From Candidatus Cloacimonadales bacterium (GTDB lineage Bacteria; Cloacimonadota; Cloacimonadia; Cloacimonadales; DAONDQ01): 64,000 bases of DNA. The translations under genes were made by a program, and so were the position numbers. The stretch is taken from NCBI GenBank assembly GCA_963662275.1, contig OY759316.1:4288001-4352000 (forward strand), given 5' to 3'. The notes under the pieces are model-generated. The model was given only the letters and a program-made list of their open reading frames with translations. It had not been told where the DNA came from and did not search any database. Positions 19,468 through 30,154 of the stretch are shown here, one piece after another; within the stretch, counting starts at the first letter, position 1; each line of letters begins with the position of its first letter.

Positions 19468-20523
19468 TTGACCATTCAAGAATTGTTAAAATTTACATCT
19501 GATGCAGGAGCCTCGGATCTACACATAAGCACCGGATCTTATCCGATGGTACGTGTCAATGGACGAATGAAACGGTTGAATCTGCCGATTTTATCTGCTG
19601 AAGAGATAGAAAATCTGATCTTTGGGGTAATGAATGATTCCCAAAAAGAGATTTTCAAAAAGAATTTGGAATTGGACTTTTCCACAAAATTGTCCAATGA
19701 TGTTCGTTTCCGTGTGAATGCATTCCATCAGATTAATGGGTTAGCCGCTGCGTTTCGTGTAATTCCAAACGAAATAAAAACTTTCGATGAACTCCATCTA
19801 CCTGATTCGTTAAAGAAATTAACGACAAAAGAAAAGGGCTTGATCCTCGTGACAGGACCTACCGGTAGTGGAAAATCAACGACACTTGCGACGATGATTG
19901 ACCAAGTCAATGAAAGCCGTTATTGTCATATAATTACAATTGAAGACCCCATCGAATTTGTTCATCGCAGTAAGAATTCTCTGATCAATCAGCGTGAACT
20001 AGGTCATGATACCTGGTCGTTTACGGCTGCTTTAAAATCAGCATTACGTGAAGACCCTGATGTGATCCTGGTTGGTGAAATGCGAGATTTGGCAACCGTG
20101 CAACTGGCTCTAACAGCTGCTGAAACGGGTCACTTGGTTTTAGCCACACTGCATACAAGTAGTGCTACAAAATCTATTGATCGTGTGATTGATATGTTTC
20201 CCAAGGAGCAGCAGCAACAGGTTCGTTCTATGTTGTCTGAATCCCTGGAAGCTGTTGTCGCTCAGACTTTGCTTCCCACTAAGGATGGCAAGGGCAGAGT
20301 ACCGGCACTTGAGATCATGATTGCCAATGCAGCCGTTCGTAACCTGATCCGTGAAGAGAAGACCTATCAGATTCCTTCTGTCATCCAAGCTGGAACAAAA
20401 GAAGGTATGCAAACAAAGGATCAATCATTATACAATCATGTGATGAATAATCTGGTTGACCGTAATCTTGCAGAACAGGTTGCTGATAATCCAAAATTAT
20501 TTGCAACAGGTGTTGGTTTCTAA
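19468..20523 (+). CDS. pilT: Type IV pilus retraction ATPase
   Basis: GPTGSGKST, TIEDPIE, LREDPDVILVGEMRD, AETGHLV and AVRNLIRE; TTG start with GGAGG RBS. Confidence 0.95.
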   Translation: MTIQELLKFTSDAGASDLHISTGSYPMVRVNGRMKRLNLPILSAEEIENLIFGVMNDSQKEIFKKNLELDFSTKLSNDVRFRVNAFHQINGLAAAFRVIPNEIKTFDELHLPDSLKKLTTKEKGLILVTGPTGSGKSTTLATMIDQVNESRYCHIITIEDPIEFVHRSKNSLINQRELGHDTWSFTAALKSALREDPDVILVGEMRDLATVQLALTAAETGHLVLATLHTSSATKSIDRVIDMFPKEQQQQVRSMLSESLEAVVAQTLLPTKDGKGRVPALEIMIANAAVRNLIREEKTYQIPSVIQAGTKEGMQTKDQSLYNHVMNNLVDRNLAEQVADNPKLFATGVGF

Positions 20524-20526
20524 ATA

Positions 20527-20967
20527 ATGCATATAGGGCGTAGCATGAACAACGAAAAAGGGTTTACCTTGTTGGATGTTGTGATATCCGCTGTCATTAT
20601 AGCGGCTTCGTTTGCTGCGTTATATATCGCCATCGTTTATTGTCAGAAAACACTGGTGCGAAATTCTCATGATAGAATAGCTAGCCTCTTAGCTTCAGGT
20701 GAATTGGAATGGCAATTTTATCAATTCACCGCACTAAAGGATTTCGATTCATTTGTGACGAAGCCCGTGGTTATAGACACATATCCGAATGGTGATCAAT
20801 TAACGGGAACGATGATTTTCGGTAAACCAGCCCTGGAAGCAGATAATGCTTTAGGACAGCTCATGTATCATCAACCGATCATTATCACAGTAGAGTGGAT
20901 GGAACCGGGTGATAGACGAATACGAAGTGTTGCTTTACGCGAAGATTTCGCGATTACAGTACAATAG
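20527..20967 (+). CDS. Minor pilin (PilV-like)
   Basis: KG|FTLLDVVISAVII prepilin motif with Asp at +5. Confidence 0.7.
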   Translation: MHIGRSMNNEKGFTLLDVVISAVIIAASFAALYIAIVYCQKTLVRNSHDRIASLLASGELEWQFYQFTALKDFDSFVTKPVVIDTYPNGDQLTGTMIFGKPALEADNALGQLMYHQPIIITVEWMEPGDRRIRSVALREDFAITVQ

Positions 20968-20978
20968 GAAACGCAAAA

Positions 20979-21581
20979 ATGATAAAAATTCGTAATTCAC
21001 AAGCCGGTTTTACATTAATAGAAATCATTGCTGCTTTAGCTATCACAGGTTTGCTTTTTGGGGCAGCTACGACAGCTTTTTCGGCATTTTTCTCTAAATA
21101 TGAAGAATTGAATAAGGTATCTGATTTGGAAACTCAAGCTTATGATTGCCTTCAAAAAGGCATTAAATATGGCTTGATTAATGACAGAGACCCCCATAAC
21201 ATTGTATGGTCGGGTGTTGCGAATGCAGATTCGGTTGCTTTCTTAAATGGTAGTGCTGCGGGTTCTACTGGAATCATATTGACTTCTCAGGCGCAATCTG
21301 TTGAACACGCCAATGATTATGTGAAGTTCTGGTTTGATGGAAGAGCTGTTCGCGGAACATATTTGTTCGGCTCAAGTCAGCCATCATCGCCTATTTACAT
21401 ATTTCCGAAACCGTCACGAAACAATAAAATAACCGTGACGAATCTTCGCTTTTCGAAGGTTAATACTTCGACTCCCACGATTAAAGTTCTACGAGTCGAT
21501 TTATCAGCGAAAGTCGAGATACGTAAGAATATCTTTAGATATGTGAATTATTCGACAAAAATGGCTATCAATAAGATATAG
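20979..21581 (+). CDS. Minor pilin (PilW-like)
   Basis: AG|FTLIEIIAALAITGLL prepilin motif. Confidence 0.75.
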   Translation: MIKIRNSQAGFTLIEIIAALAITGLLFGAATTAFSAFFSKYEELNKVSDLETQAYDCLQKGIKYGLINDRDPHNIVWSGVANADSVAFLNGSAAGSTGIILTSQAQSVEHANDYVKFWFDGRAVRGTYLFGSSQPSSPIYIFPKPSRNNKITVTNLRFSKVNTSTPTIKVLRVDLSAKVEIRKNIFRYVNYSTKMAINKI

Positions 21582-21639
21582 GTAGTTTCGTTTGCCGAGA
21601 AACTCATTTGATATCTGACAGTGTAAGAAAGGATTAATT

Positions 21640-23487
21640 ATGTGCTTATTCAATATGAATGAGAAAGGTAACCTAGGGTTAGCCATGGCTGTGGTTATTA
21701 TTGCTTTCCTGTCAAGTGTTACAATGACTGGAATTGCCTTGAAAGATGCTGTTGCTTCCCGGATGCAGTTTGATGCCTTACAGGAAACACATATGCTTCG
21801 TTACCAGGCATTCCGAGGTTTAATGGCATGTAGGGCAATAGATTACTCAGGAGAAGGTTTTTCTTTGCAACTTCAGAAATTTGAAGTGATGACTACCGAT
21901 GCCCGGACTACTTATTTTATGCAAACAAAAATTCTTAAATCTAATGTCTCCACAGGTGGTGGTTTATATACAACAAATGGCTATACGGTTCAGTCGCTTG
22001 TCACGGCAAAACGTGGAGGTGGCTCTGGAATCTACTGGTCCAGGAATTACTCCCCAGTTAGGAAGTATGCCGAAAAAGACATTCGGCGTTCTACTTTTGC
22101 CGGATATCATTATTTCTCCGATATAGACCAGTCTGAAAATGCCGACCTAGGTGCTGATGCAGGAAAAGTTTATTTCTATGGACCTGACGTCATCTACGGA
22201 AGAGTACATAGTAATACCGATATTTGGGTAGAGCAATTAGGTGGTGGAAATAATGATGGTTGGCCCACTTTTTTTGGTGATGTTTCTACTTCCGGTCAAA
22301 TTCGTTGTCTTAGTGGCACCGTTCCTTATGAAACTATATTTAAATCCCATTATTATGAACATGTACCACAGTTAGAGTTTGATTCACATGCCACAGCGAT
22401 CGAGGCAGGACCTCTTTTTCCTTATCCTGAAGATCCTACAGGTAAAACAATTATGCTTGTACGTGTTAACGGAGGCGGATTCAGTTCCTGGATTGGAACT
22501 ATCCAACAAGCTGCAAGTCCTGAATCGATAGATTGCTATGCTCCCCCATATCCACCAGCGCAGGGAGATGAACTATTCTGGTATTGGTTAAACAGAGAAG
22601 ATACACTTTGGACTCAAGGACCTACAGGTGCGGTAATCAATTCATCCATCTATTGTAAAAATAAAACCTGGATTGAAGGAACTTTTAGTGGGAAACAGAC
22701 TTGGGGTTGTAAGGATACATTATCTTTGATTGGTGATATCAAATTAACCGGAACGGGAATTGGTATTAATCCTGATGGTGGTACAACTCCCGGTGCAGGT
22801 AACACGTCTGATTTTGTTGGATTGGTATCGGAAGAAAGGATCAATATTAAATATGGTTATCGAGACCCTGAAGATTCATTGCGCTATCATAGAACAATTG
22901 GTCCGGACGGATATGGACCTGGTACAGGAATCTGGATTTATGCAGCGGTATGCGCCTTAGGAGATGGAAACGGAGATTGCCATAAGGATGGTGTTTTTAC
23001 TTTTGAATATCAGCATCCTCATCCCTCAACACCGGATATTCGAATTGGCAACAGGGTATATACAAAAGTCGATCTGCATGTGCGACCATATCCGCAGACG
23101 ACAGCTGCACCTTGGCCTGGTAACCTTGATTATCCCTGGTTCAATCCTTTATGGCCTGAGTTTGCTCCTTATTTGGAACGTGGTTATATTCATCTTTATG
23201 GATCAGTAGCTCAAAGACGGCGTGGTTTTGTACATCGCAGTACTGGTGATCCAGCGAACCATGATGGAACATGGAACTTTGCCAACTATAAATATGGTGC
23301 TGGGAGCCAGGGGATAAATTATCCTGGTACTTCTGGAGCGGGTGTTGGTTATAAAAAAGACTATCATTTTGATAATCGTTTTTCTTTTACACAACCACCC
23401 AATTTTCCGGAAACGCATACAAGGGCTGGTTTAACACCTTTCGATTCTGAATCTTGGAAATTCAAGAAACCACCAATAAACTTTTAG
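21640..23487 (+). CDS. Large PilX-like minor pilin with extended C-terminal domain
   Basis: NEKG|NLGLAMAVVIIAFL pilin-like N-terminus lacking E5, as is typical of PilX/GspK; 615 aa; GRVHSN and GYKKDYHFDNRF motifs. Confidence 0.65.
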   Translation: MCLFNMNEKGNLGLAMAVVIIAFLSSVTMTGIALKDAVASRMQFDALQETHMLRYQAFRGLMACRAIDYSGEGFSLQLQKFEVMTTDARTTYFMQTKILKSNVSTGGGLYTTNGYTVQSLVTAKRGGGSGIYWSRNYSPVRKYAEKDIRRSTFAGYHYFSDIDQSENADLGADAGKVYFYGPDVIYGRVHSNTDIWVEQLGGGNNDGWPTFFGDVSTSGQIRCLSGTVPYETIFKSHYYEHVPQLEFDSHATAIEAGPLFPYPEDPTGKTIMLVRVNGGGFSSWIGTIQQAASPESIDCYAPPYPPAQGDELFWYWLNREDTLWTQGPTGAVINSSIYCKNKTWIEGTFSGKQTWGCKDTLSLIGDIKLTGTGIGINPDGGTTPGAGNTSDFVGLVSEERINIKYGYRDPEDSLRYHRTIGPDGYGPGTGIWIYAAVCALGDGNGDCHKDGVFTFEYQHPHPSTPDIRIGNRVYTKVDLHVRPYPQTTAAPWPGNLDYPWFNPLWPEFAPYLERGYIHLYGSVAQRRRGFVHRSTGDPANHDGTWNFANYKYGAGSQGINYPGTSGAGVGYKKDYHFDNRFSFTQPPNFPETHTRAGLTPFDSESWKFKKPPINF

Positions 23488-23517
23488 AGTCAGAAAATAA
23501 TATAAAGAAGAGGCTGT

Positions 23518-24588
23518 ATGAATAAGAAAAAAACCCTCAAATTCAAGGAATCTGTTGGGATTGATATCGGAACTCACAGCATCAAAGCTGTGCATCTGAG
23601 AAAAGCCCACGATGGATTCAAATTGCTTAGCTGTGAGGTTCGACAGACAGTTCCTTCCGGAATTGAATACGTACCTTCTGATCTGCGGAAAGATAGATTT
23701 GCTCCCGTACTCACAGAAATGCTGAAAAGCATGAGATTGAGTCCAAAGCACATCAAACATCTTGTCACATCAATAGGTGGTGAAGATACAAGCATCAAGC
23801 AGATCAAGACGATCTTTTTACCGGATGAAGAACTGGAGTCTGCTTTGTTTTTTGAAGCAAAGAAGCATATCCCGATTAGCAGTAATGAAATGGTTTTGGA
23901 TTACCAGGTTTTAAGTATTGAAGAGAAGACAAATAATATGAATATCTTACTCGCTGCTGCGAATAAAGATCTTCTCAACGAACATACTGACATTCTAACC
24001 CAAAGCGGATTAACAGCCAATATCGTGGATATTGACTCCTTAGCAATAGCCAATAGTTTTGTCCTAAATACTCAAGTCGAGGAAGGAACATATGTGCTGC
24101 TGAATTTGGGTGGACATTCCACCAATATGGTCATCTATGGACCACAAGCCAAATTCTTTGCACGGGATATTTCTTATGGTGGCTATAACTTTACAAGAGA
24201 TTTTATGCGGCGATTCAATTTGACTTTTGAAGAAGCGGAGAAACATAAAATGGAACATGGGCTGCTGAAGCCAGCAATCGCAGGTCAAACAGAAGCTCTT
24301 TCCATGTTAGATATCTCGGAAAAAACAATTGAAGATCAATTGGTTGATGAAATTCGTCGATCTCTACGTTTCTATGTTAAAGAAGCCAATAACAGTGATT
24401 TCAGGAAAGTATATCTCCTGGGAGGGACGGCAAATTTAAAAGGTTTGGCTGAATATATACAGGAACGGATCAATATCTCTACTGAATTATATAATCCCTT
24501 TGTCAATTTGGAGGTTTCTGATCGTTTAGCCGATAAGCGTGATCCTCAATTAGCTTTGGCAATTGGCTTAGCAATGCGTGAAGAGTAA
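23518..24588 (+). CDS. pilM: Type IV pilus assembly protein PilM
   Basis: VGIDIGTHSIK actin-like start, LNLGGHST, LLGGTANLKGL, ALAIGLAMR. Confidence 0.92.
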   Translation: MNKKKTLKFKESVGIDIGTHSIKAVHLRKAHDGFKLLSCEVRQTVPSGIEYVPSDLRKDRFAPVLTEMLKSMRLSPKHIKHLVTSIGGEDTSIKQIKTIFLPDEELESALFFEAKKHIPISSNEMVLDYQVLSIEEKTNNMNILLAAANKDLLNEHTDILTQSGLTANIVDIDSLAIANSFVLNTQVEEGTYVLLNLGGHSTNMVIYGPQAKFFARDISYGGYNFTRDFMRRFNLTFEEAEKHKMEHGLLKPAIAGQTEALSMLDISEKTIEDQLVDEIRRSLRFYVKEANNSDFRKVYLLGGTANLKGLAEYIQERINISTELYNPFVNLEVSDRLADKRDPQLALAIGLAMREE

Positions 24589-24594
24589 GGAGAG

Positions 24595-25200
24595 ATGATG
24601 ACGAACTTTTATTTTAAAATTAATCTTAATAAATTCGGAGAGCTTCGCCTTCAGCAGGAAGCAGAGCGCAAAGCATTCCAAACATTTCTCAGTTTGTTTA
24701 TCTTAGGGACTTTACTACTTTTTGCATTTGTTGTTTATTTGGATAATCAGCTATCAAATAAGCTTCAATCACGGCAGAAATTCTTGAAGCAAATCGAGGA
24801 ACAGGTCGCTTCATATGAAGTCAGCGGTGATTTCTTATCTAAGTCAGATCTTGATCGGCTTTCGACTGCTTTCACAGATCGAATATTCTGGGCAAAGAAA
24901 TTAGTAGCTCTGTCTGAAAGAACACAAAGTCAGATAGCGATTACTCATTTTTCCTATAAACGCGGTATCTTGAGTTTATATGGAATTACGAAAGTTGACA
25001 AAGACACGAGAGAATTCGATTTGATCAATAATTTTATTGAAAGCTTGAAAGCAAATCCTCAAATCAACTTGGATTTCAAGGAAATTGTATTTGTACGTTC
25101 AAATCGTGATCGGGAAAAAGACACTGATATTATTCGATTCCAGGTAGATTGTATAGGAAAGGATAGTACAGTCGGTAAGCCAAAGGCAGGTAAAAAATGA
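24595..25200 (+). CDS. pilN: PilN-like protein
   Basis: INL motif (KINLN), one TM helix, coiled coil; follows pilM. Confidence 0.7.
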   Translation: MMTNFYFKINLNKFGELRLQQEAERKAFQTFLSLFILGTLLLFAFVVYLDNQLSNKLQSRQKFLKQIEEQVASYEVSGDFLSKSDLDRLSTAFTDRIFWAKKLVALSERTQSQIAITHFSYKRGILSLYGITKVDKDTREFDLINNFIESLKANPQINLDFKEIVFVRSNRDREKDTDIIRFQVDCIGKDSTVGKPKAGKK

Positions 25201-25754
25201 GAAAACAATATATTATCTTCCTGCTCGTTATTGCCCTGTTAAGTGTATCCTTTTTTGTAATTAGCGGATCGATGATCAATTCCAAGGTTAGGAAGATCGC
25301 CTCCGTTGATAAAAAAATCAAAAAAGCACAAGAAAGGCTGAACAGTGCAAAGATCATGAATGAACAACTAAGTCAATTTACCATGATCATCAGGAACAGC
25401 TTAACTACTCAAAGACAATTTAATCCTATCGAAGTGAATGGCTTTGTCAAGCAATTAGCAGATATGTGTGATCAATATAAGATTGCCATTGTATCCGTTT
25501 ATCCGAAAGCAGTATTTGCTGACGCTTCTATGCTTGAGCAACAATATATATTAGAATTAAACTGTACCTATATTCAAACAGGTCAATTTCTTTCTGAGCT
25601 CGAAGGAATGGATAATATCATCAAGATTAATACTCTTGATGTAACTCCTATTCAAGTACAAAATGCAAAGACAGGTAAAAGCGATGTAAGTCAAGCTACA
25701 CGTTATAAGGTTACCTTGGAACTGTCTGTATTCAAGGTCGTGAAGGAGGCATAA
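25197..25754 (+). CDS. pilO: PilO-like protein
   Basis: TM helix plus coiled coil; CTYIQTGQFLSELEGMDNIIKI matches the PilO core; synteny. Confidence 0.75.
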   Translation: MRKQYIIFLLVIALLSVSFFVISGSMINSKVRKIASVDKKIKKAQERLNSAKIMNEQLSQFTMIIRNSLTTQRQFNPIEVNGFVKQLADMCDQYKIAIVSVYPKAVFADASMLEQQYILELNCTYIQTGQFLSELEGMDNIIKINTLDVTPIQVQNAKTGKSDVSQATRYKVTLELSVFKVVKEA

Positions 25755-26305
25755 TGGATTACAAATACCTAAAAGACTTCGCGATCAGTTTGACAATCAT
25801 CATGCTAATTGTCTTTCTACTTCGTGATGCATCCCTGTACAAAAAGGAAATGAATGTACCAGTAAAATCAGTATATTCCAAATTATCAGTTAATGATAGC
25901 CTGATGGCAACGATTCAGAATATTGAAAAATCAATTCAAGATCGTAAAAGCTTTATCTTCACTGTAACGAAAGACCCACTGAAGCAGGATCTGATTGTAC
26001 AGGATAGAATAGACTTACTTCAACAGTGGCAGAACATGGTCAAGAATATGGTTCGTCTTGCAGGAACTTTTATTGATGCAGATGGGAAAAGAACAGCTAT
26101 TATTTCCTATCAAGGTAAAGATACTCGATATTATGTCGGAGATTATGTTGCCGGTAGAAAAATTGAAGAAATTCAGAATGGTAAAATTGTCTTCATTGCC
26201 AATGGTCAAAAAGGCACCATGATACTTGAACCCATTCCACCAAAGCCAGTGGAATTGGAAATGAATAAGTCGAATCAAGCCACTCAGCAGGAATTGAACT
26301 ACTAA
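25754..26305 (+). CDS. pilP: PilP-like protein
   Basis: KDPL motif, RLAGTF...AII...YYVGDYVAGRKIEEI HR-like domain; lies between pilO and pilQ. Confidence 0.6.
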   Translation: MDYKYLKDFAISLTIIMLIVFLLRDASLYKKEMNVPVKSVYSKLSVNDSLMATIQNIEKSIQDRKSFIFTVTKDPLKQDLIVQDRIDLLQQWQNMVKNMVRLAGTFIDADGKRTAIISYQGKDTRYYVGDYVAGRKIEEIQNGKIVFIANGQKGTMILEPIPPKPVELEMNKSNQATQQELNY

Positions 26306-26322
26306 AAAATAAATCAAAATCA

Positions 26323-27741
26323 ATGGGAGAAAATATGAAAATTTCGCATTTTTCACAGAAGAAGTGGGTGTTCTTCGTTTTTATTCTGTTGTTAGCCATC
26401 GCTTTGCCGATGTATGCTATAGCCGTCGATCAATTATCGAATCAGAAAGTGTCTTTAGATGCTGATGATGCTAATTTATCTGCGGTGCTGACAACCTTAT
26501 CTAAATTGAGTAACACCAATATCGTCCTGGCAATTGATACAAGCACTGGGGCAACGGATAAAGACAAAAACGCAGAAAAACGAATCACCGTACATTTAAA
26601 GGATGTGCCGATAGAAAATGCTATTTCACTAGTCGCAAAATCCGTTGGTTTATCTTATCGTTTAGTAGGTGAAAACACATTTATCGTAGGTGATAAAGCC
26701 AGGATTGCTGAAGAAACAGGCGAACGCAGTTATACTCTTTATCTGAATAACATCAATGCCGATAAGCTTTCCAAGGCATTTTCCCTAATGCCTGGAAAGA
26801 TAGTTCCCCTTGCGGAACAGAATGCAGTCATTATTCGGGCAAATCCAGAAACTTTCAATGAAATCGTTTCCCGAATTCAGGAATTAGATGTTCCTCAAAA
26901 ACAAATTGAAATACGTGCTCGTGTGATCGAAGTGTCACTTCAATCATCAAAGCAATTTGGTATCGATTGGTCAAAGCTTAACCATTTGACTACGATTTTG
27001 GCAGAAGATCCTGTTAATCAAACGGGGACAGGTTTACCTTATAACTATAATACATCCTATATTGATGGAACACTACCTCATGGTGATCCATTAGAATTTG
27101 AATTATTGCCCAAGACACAGTATTTTCAAAAAATGACAGGTTGGGATGATGTTGGTCATTTCAGTCGTCAGCTTACAGCCTTTGATATTACGATGGATTG
27201 GCTTTTAGAAAATAATGCTGCAAAATTACTTACAGATACTCGTCTCACAGCCATGAATGGTGAAGTTGCTGATATTCTAATTGGTGAGACAATACCATTC
27301 GTTGTTACCAACAATGTGAACCAAGTTCAAGTCGAAAGACAAGATGTGGGTATCAAACTGAAAGTCAAAGCTACGGTAAATAAAGACGGACAGATTACAA
27401 CAACAATTAGTCCAGAAGTTAGCTCGGTAATCGAATTAGTTGGAGGATATGTTCCTCGCACGAAAGTTCGCAGAGTAAATTCAACGGTGACAGTACCGGA
27501 TGGTAAGAAAATTATCGTAGGTGGTTTATTAAATTCTAGTTTAACCCAGAAAACAAGCAAATTACCACTTCTTGGCGATATTCCATTTATCGGTAAATTA
27601 TTCCAACATCGTTATGAAGTATTAGATAATACAGATTTAATCATCGAAATTACACCACGTCTAGTGGATATGAATGAAAAGCAAAAAGAAGCTGATGTAG
27701 ATTCAAGATTAGATAATCACCTAATCAAATACAAAGATTAG
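26323..27741 (+). CDS. pilQ: Type IV pilus secretin
   Basis: LDVPQKQIEIRARVIEV, IIVGGL...SKLPLLGDIPFIGKLF...LIIEITPR secretin signature. Confidence 0.9.
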   Translation: MGENMKISHFSQKKWVFFVFILLLAIALPMYAIAVDQLSNQKVSLDADDANLSAVLTTLSKLSNTNIVLAIDTSTGATDKDKNAEKRITVHLKDVPIENAISLVAKSVGLSYRLVGENTFIVGDKARIAEETGERSYTLYLNNINADKLSKAFSLMPGKIVPLAEQNAVIIRANPETFNEIVSRIQELDVPQKQIEIRARVIEVSLQSSKQFGIDWSKLNHLTTILAEDPVNQTGTGLPYNYNTSYIDGTLPHGDPLEFELLPKTQYFQKMTGWDDVGHFSRQLTAFDITMDWLLENNAAKLLTDTRLTAMNGEVADILIGETIPFVVTNNVNQVQVERQDVGIKLKVKATVNKDGQITTTISPEVSSVIELVGGYVPRTKVRRVNSTVTVPDGKKIIVGGLLNSSLTQKTSKLPLLGDIPFIGKLFQHRYEVLDNTDLIIEITPRLVDMNEKQKEADVDSRLDNHLIKYKD

Positions 27742-27754
27742 GAAGGAAAAGAAA

Positions 27755-30073
27755 ATGAAGATTAGAAGTATTTTCACAATAACTTGTTTACTACTTTTTG
27801 TTTCTCTAGTTTTTTTAACAGGTTGCGACAAACGTAATGCTCCTATCGTGAAACCTGTCGTTCCTGCCAGTGAATTACTGCATATCGTAAATATTGCAGC
27901 TTCAGCAGATACAATCTATGCAGATAATGGAATTACTTTTTCCAATATTGCGGTTCTTGTTAAGGATCAGCAGAATTTTGCTGCCTCCGGAGTTGCTGTT
28001 TTATTTCGGACAAATCTTGGTGGTATTATCAGACAAGTCACTACAGATAGTTCAGGAATAGCAAAAACTACGTTCTATTCTCGTGCAGTAGCTGATACCG
28101 GTGTTGCAAGAGTTGAAGCCATTATTAAGAGTGCTACAACCGGTGCAACGATTGACTCAGTTTCAACTCTAATTCACATTATTCCAATTCCGCCAGTAAC
28201 AAATCTGACTTTAGAAATGAATTCTCATACAATGGTAGTTGATCAAACTGTCACACTTCGTTCTAAAGCTAAGAATATGCTTGGTGCGGACGTACCTGAT
28301 AACACTTATCTCACTTTTAGTGCTACGAGAGGTTACTTCCTCAATCTTGATGATACAATTAATGGTGATTCCATTATGGTAAAAACTTCGAATGGTACAG
28401 CGACTGTTCGCTATAATGCCGGTCCACTTTCGGGTCCAGGTGTCATCAAAGTTAGGATTGGTACGAAAATTACCACTCAGACTATCACGGTTAATCCTGG
28501 CAGACCTTCTAGTTTGTTTATGTCTTCTTATACCGTACATAATGGTATTCACACAGTCACAGATGAAAGCACAGTCAACAGCCCTGATTCTATTTTTGTC
28601 AGTGCCTTGGTATCTGATGTACATAACAATGTATGTCCAAATGCGCTTGTCCGTTTTGAAACATCACTAGGGACTTTTGTGAATACTAATAGCATTATGA
28701 GCAAGAATACGAATTCCTATGGTTTAGCTGATGTTCACTTCACACCTGGGCTGAGTTCAGGAAGTGCCACGATCAAAGGCTTTGCTAATGGTGATACTCT
28801 TACAACCCAGATTCTTTTTACAGTTACTTCAAACGAGATCTATTCTATTCAATTTGAAAATTCAGGACAGATCGATTTGAATGTGGCGCATACTGGTGGT
28901 ACTGAATCCGCAATTCTAAGAGTCAGGCTCTTCGATATTAATGGAAATCTAATTGATCGTCCAACTTGGGTTTATTTTGATCTTGTTGGAGATTCTCCTG
29001 AAGGAGCCAACCTGAATGGAGCGGCAACGGATTCTACCATTTCCAGTGGTGGTGTTGCCCAAGTTTCAGTGAATAGTGGTACAGAATCTGGTATTCTGAC
29101 AATTAAAGCTTATACAAAAAAAGCAGATGGTACCATAGGTGTTAATGCCACGAAAGCTAATATCGTTATTCACGCAGGACCGCCTTATCGAGTGATATTA
29201 AACATCGGTGCCTTTAATTCAGGAACTGCTGTAGGTGGTGGTTTATGGAAAATTATTGCAGAAGCAGTCGTAAAGGATTTCTATGGTAATCCTGTTGATT
29301 ATGGAACCAGCGTTTTCTTCTCATTACCTGATGCGCAGCCCAACCCGAATATCCTAGCTAGCTGCACAATCAAAGGTAATACTTATGTTGGGAATGTAAA
29401 TGCAGAAGGTGATTCAACAGCAGGTGTTGCTTATACGACCATTATATATAATGGTGTATTCACTTTTGAATTGGTTCGGATCATGGCAACGACACAGGCA
29501 AACGGTATTCCTGTAACTGGAACCGGTGATATGATTTTGCCTTTAAATCAACCGAATATTGAAACTTTGGTTACCCCGGCACATCTGGATTTCTTTACTC
29601 CACAAACTGCTGGAGATCAATATGTAACCGTCAGGATGGCACTTACAGATGGACAGGGCAATCCAATTCATCATGCGATTCTAACGCTATCTTCCACACG
29701 TGGATCATTCGTTTATGATCCAGGTACAAGTTTACAGTGGCCCAATCCGGGTGGACCCAATGATACACTTCATCCCAATGATCCTGAATATTGGAATAAA
29801 GTCGTAACGGATTGGTATGATGCCACCTGGCATGGAGTAGATGGTACAGGACACAATATTCCGGATAACAATTCAGATGGCTCCACAAACGGTTATGCGC
29901 AAGGGAAAATTAAGTTCAGGGCTTACGAAATTCCTAATGGTGATGTTCAAACGGGTACACCTGGTACTGTAGCGGTTACTGTAACAGCTACCTTATTGGG
30001 AACACAGGTTTCCGGTCAAACTACTTGTATTCTCCTGAAATATCCCTTCCCTCAACCAATACTTAGAATGTAA
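27755..30073 (+). CDS. Lipoprotein with tandem invasin/intimin-type (Big_1-like) Ig domains
   Basis: Lipobox LTGC; repeated V.D..GN.V....V.F....G...T...G.A units. Confidence 0.7.
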   Translation: MKIRSIFTITCLLLFVSLVFLTGCDKRNAPIVKPVVPASELLHIVNIAASADTIYADNGITFSNIAVLVKDQQNFAASGVAVLFRTNLGGIIRQVTTDSSGIAKTTFYSRAVADTGVARVEAIIKSATTGATIDSVSTLIHIIPIPPVTNLTLEMNSHTMVVDQTVTLRSKAKNMLGADVPDNTYLTFSATRGYFLNLDDTINGDSIMVKTSNGTATVRYNAGPLSGPGVIKVRIGTKITTQTITVNPGRPSSLFMSSYTVHNGIHTVTDESTVNSPDSIFVSALVSDVHNNVCPNALVRFETSLGTFVNTNSIMSKNTNSYGLADVHFTPGLSSGSATIKGFANGDTLTTQILFTVTSNEIYSIQFENSGQIDLNVAHTGGTESAILRVRLFDINGNLIDRPTWVYFDLVGDSPEGANLNGAATDSTISSGGVAQVSVNSGTESGILTIKAYTKKADGTIGVNATKANIVIHAGPPYRVILNIGAFNSGTAVGGGLWKIIAEAVVKDFYGNPVDYGTSVFFSLPDAQPNPNILASCTIKGNTYVGNVNAEGDSTAGVAYTTIIYNGVFTFELVRIMATTQANGIPVTGTGDMILPLNQPNIETLVTPAHLDFFTPQTAGDQYVTVRMALTDGQGNPIHHAILTLSSTRGSFVYDPGTSLQWPNPGGPNDTLHPNDPEYWNKVVTDWYDATWHGVDGTGHNIPDNNSDGSTNGYAQGKIKFRAYEIPNGDVQTGTPGTVAVTVTATLLGTQVSGQTTCILLKYPFPQPILRM

Positions 30074-30089
30074 GTATAAAGATTTGGGT

Positions 30090-30121
30090 AGTCCCGTATT
30101 ATTTGTAAATACGGGACTTTT
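30090..30121 (+). terminator. Intrinsic terminator or stabilising hairpin upstream of pilB
   Basis: AGTCCCGTATT...AATACGGGACT followed by Ts. Confidence 0.6.
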
Positions 30122-30154
30122 CCCCAAAATTTAATTTAAAAAAGGATCTATTCT

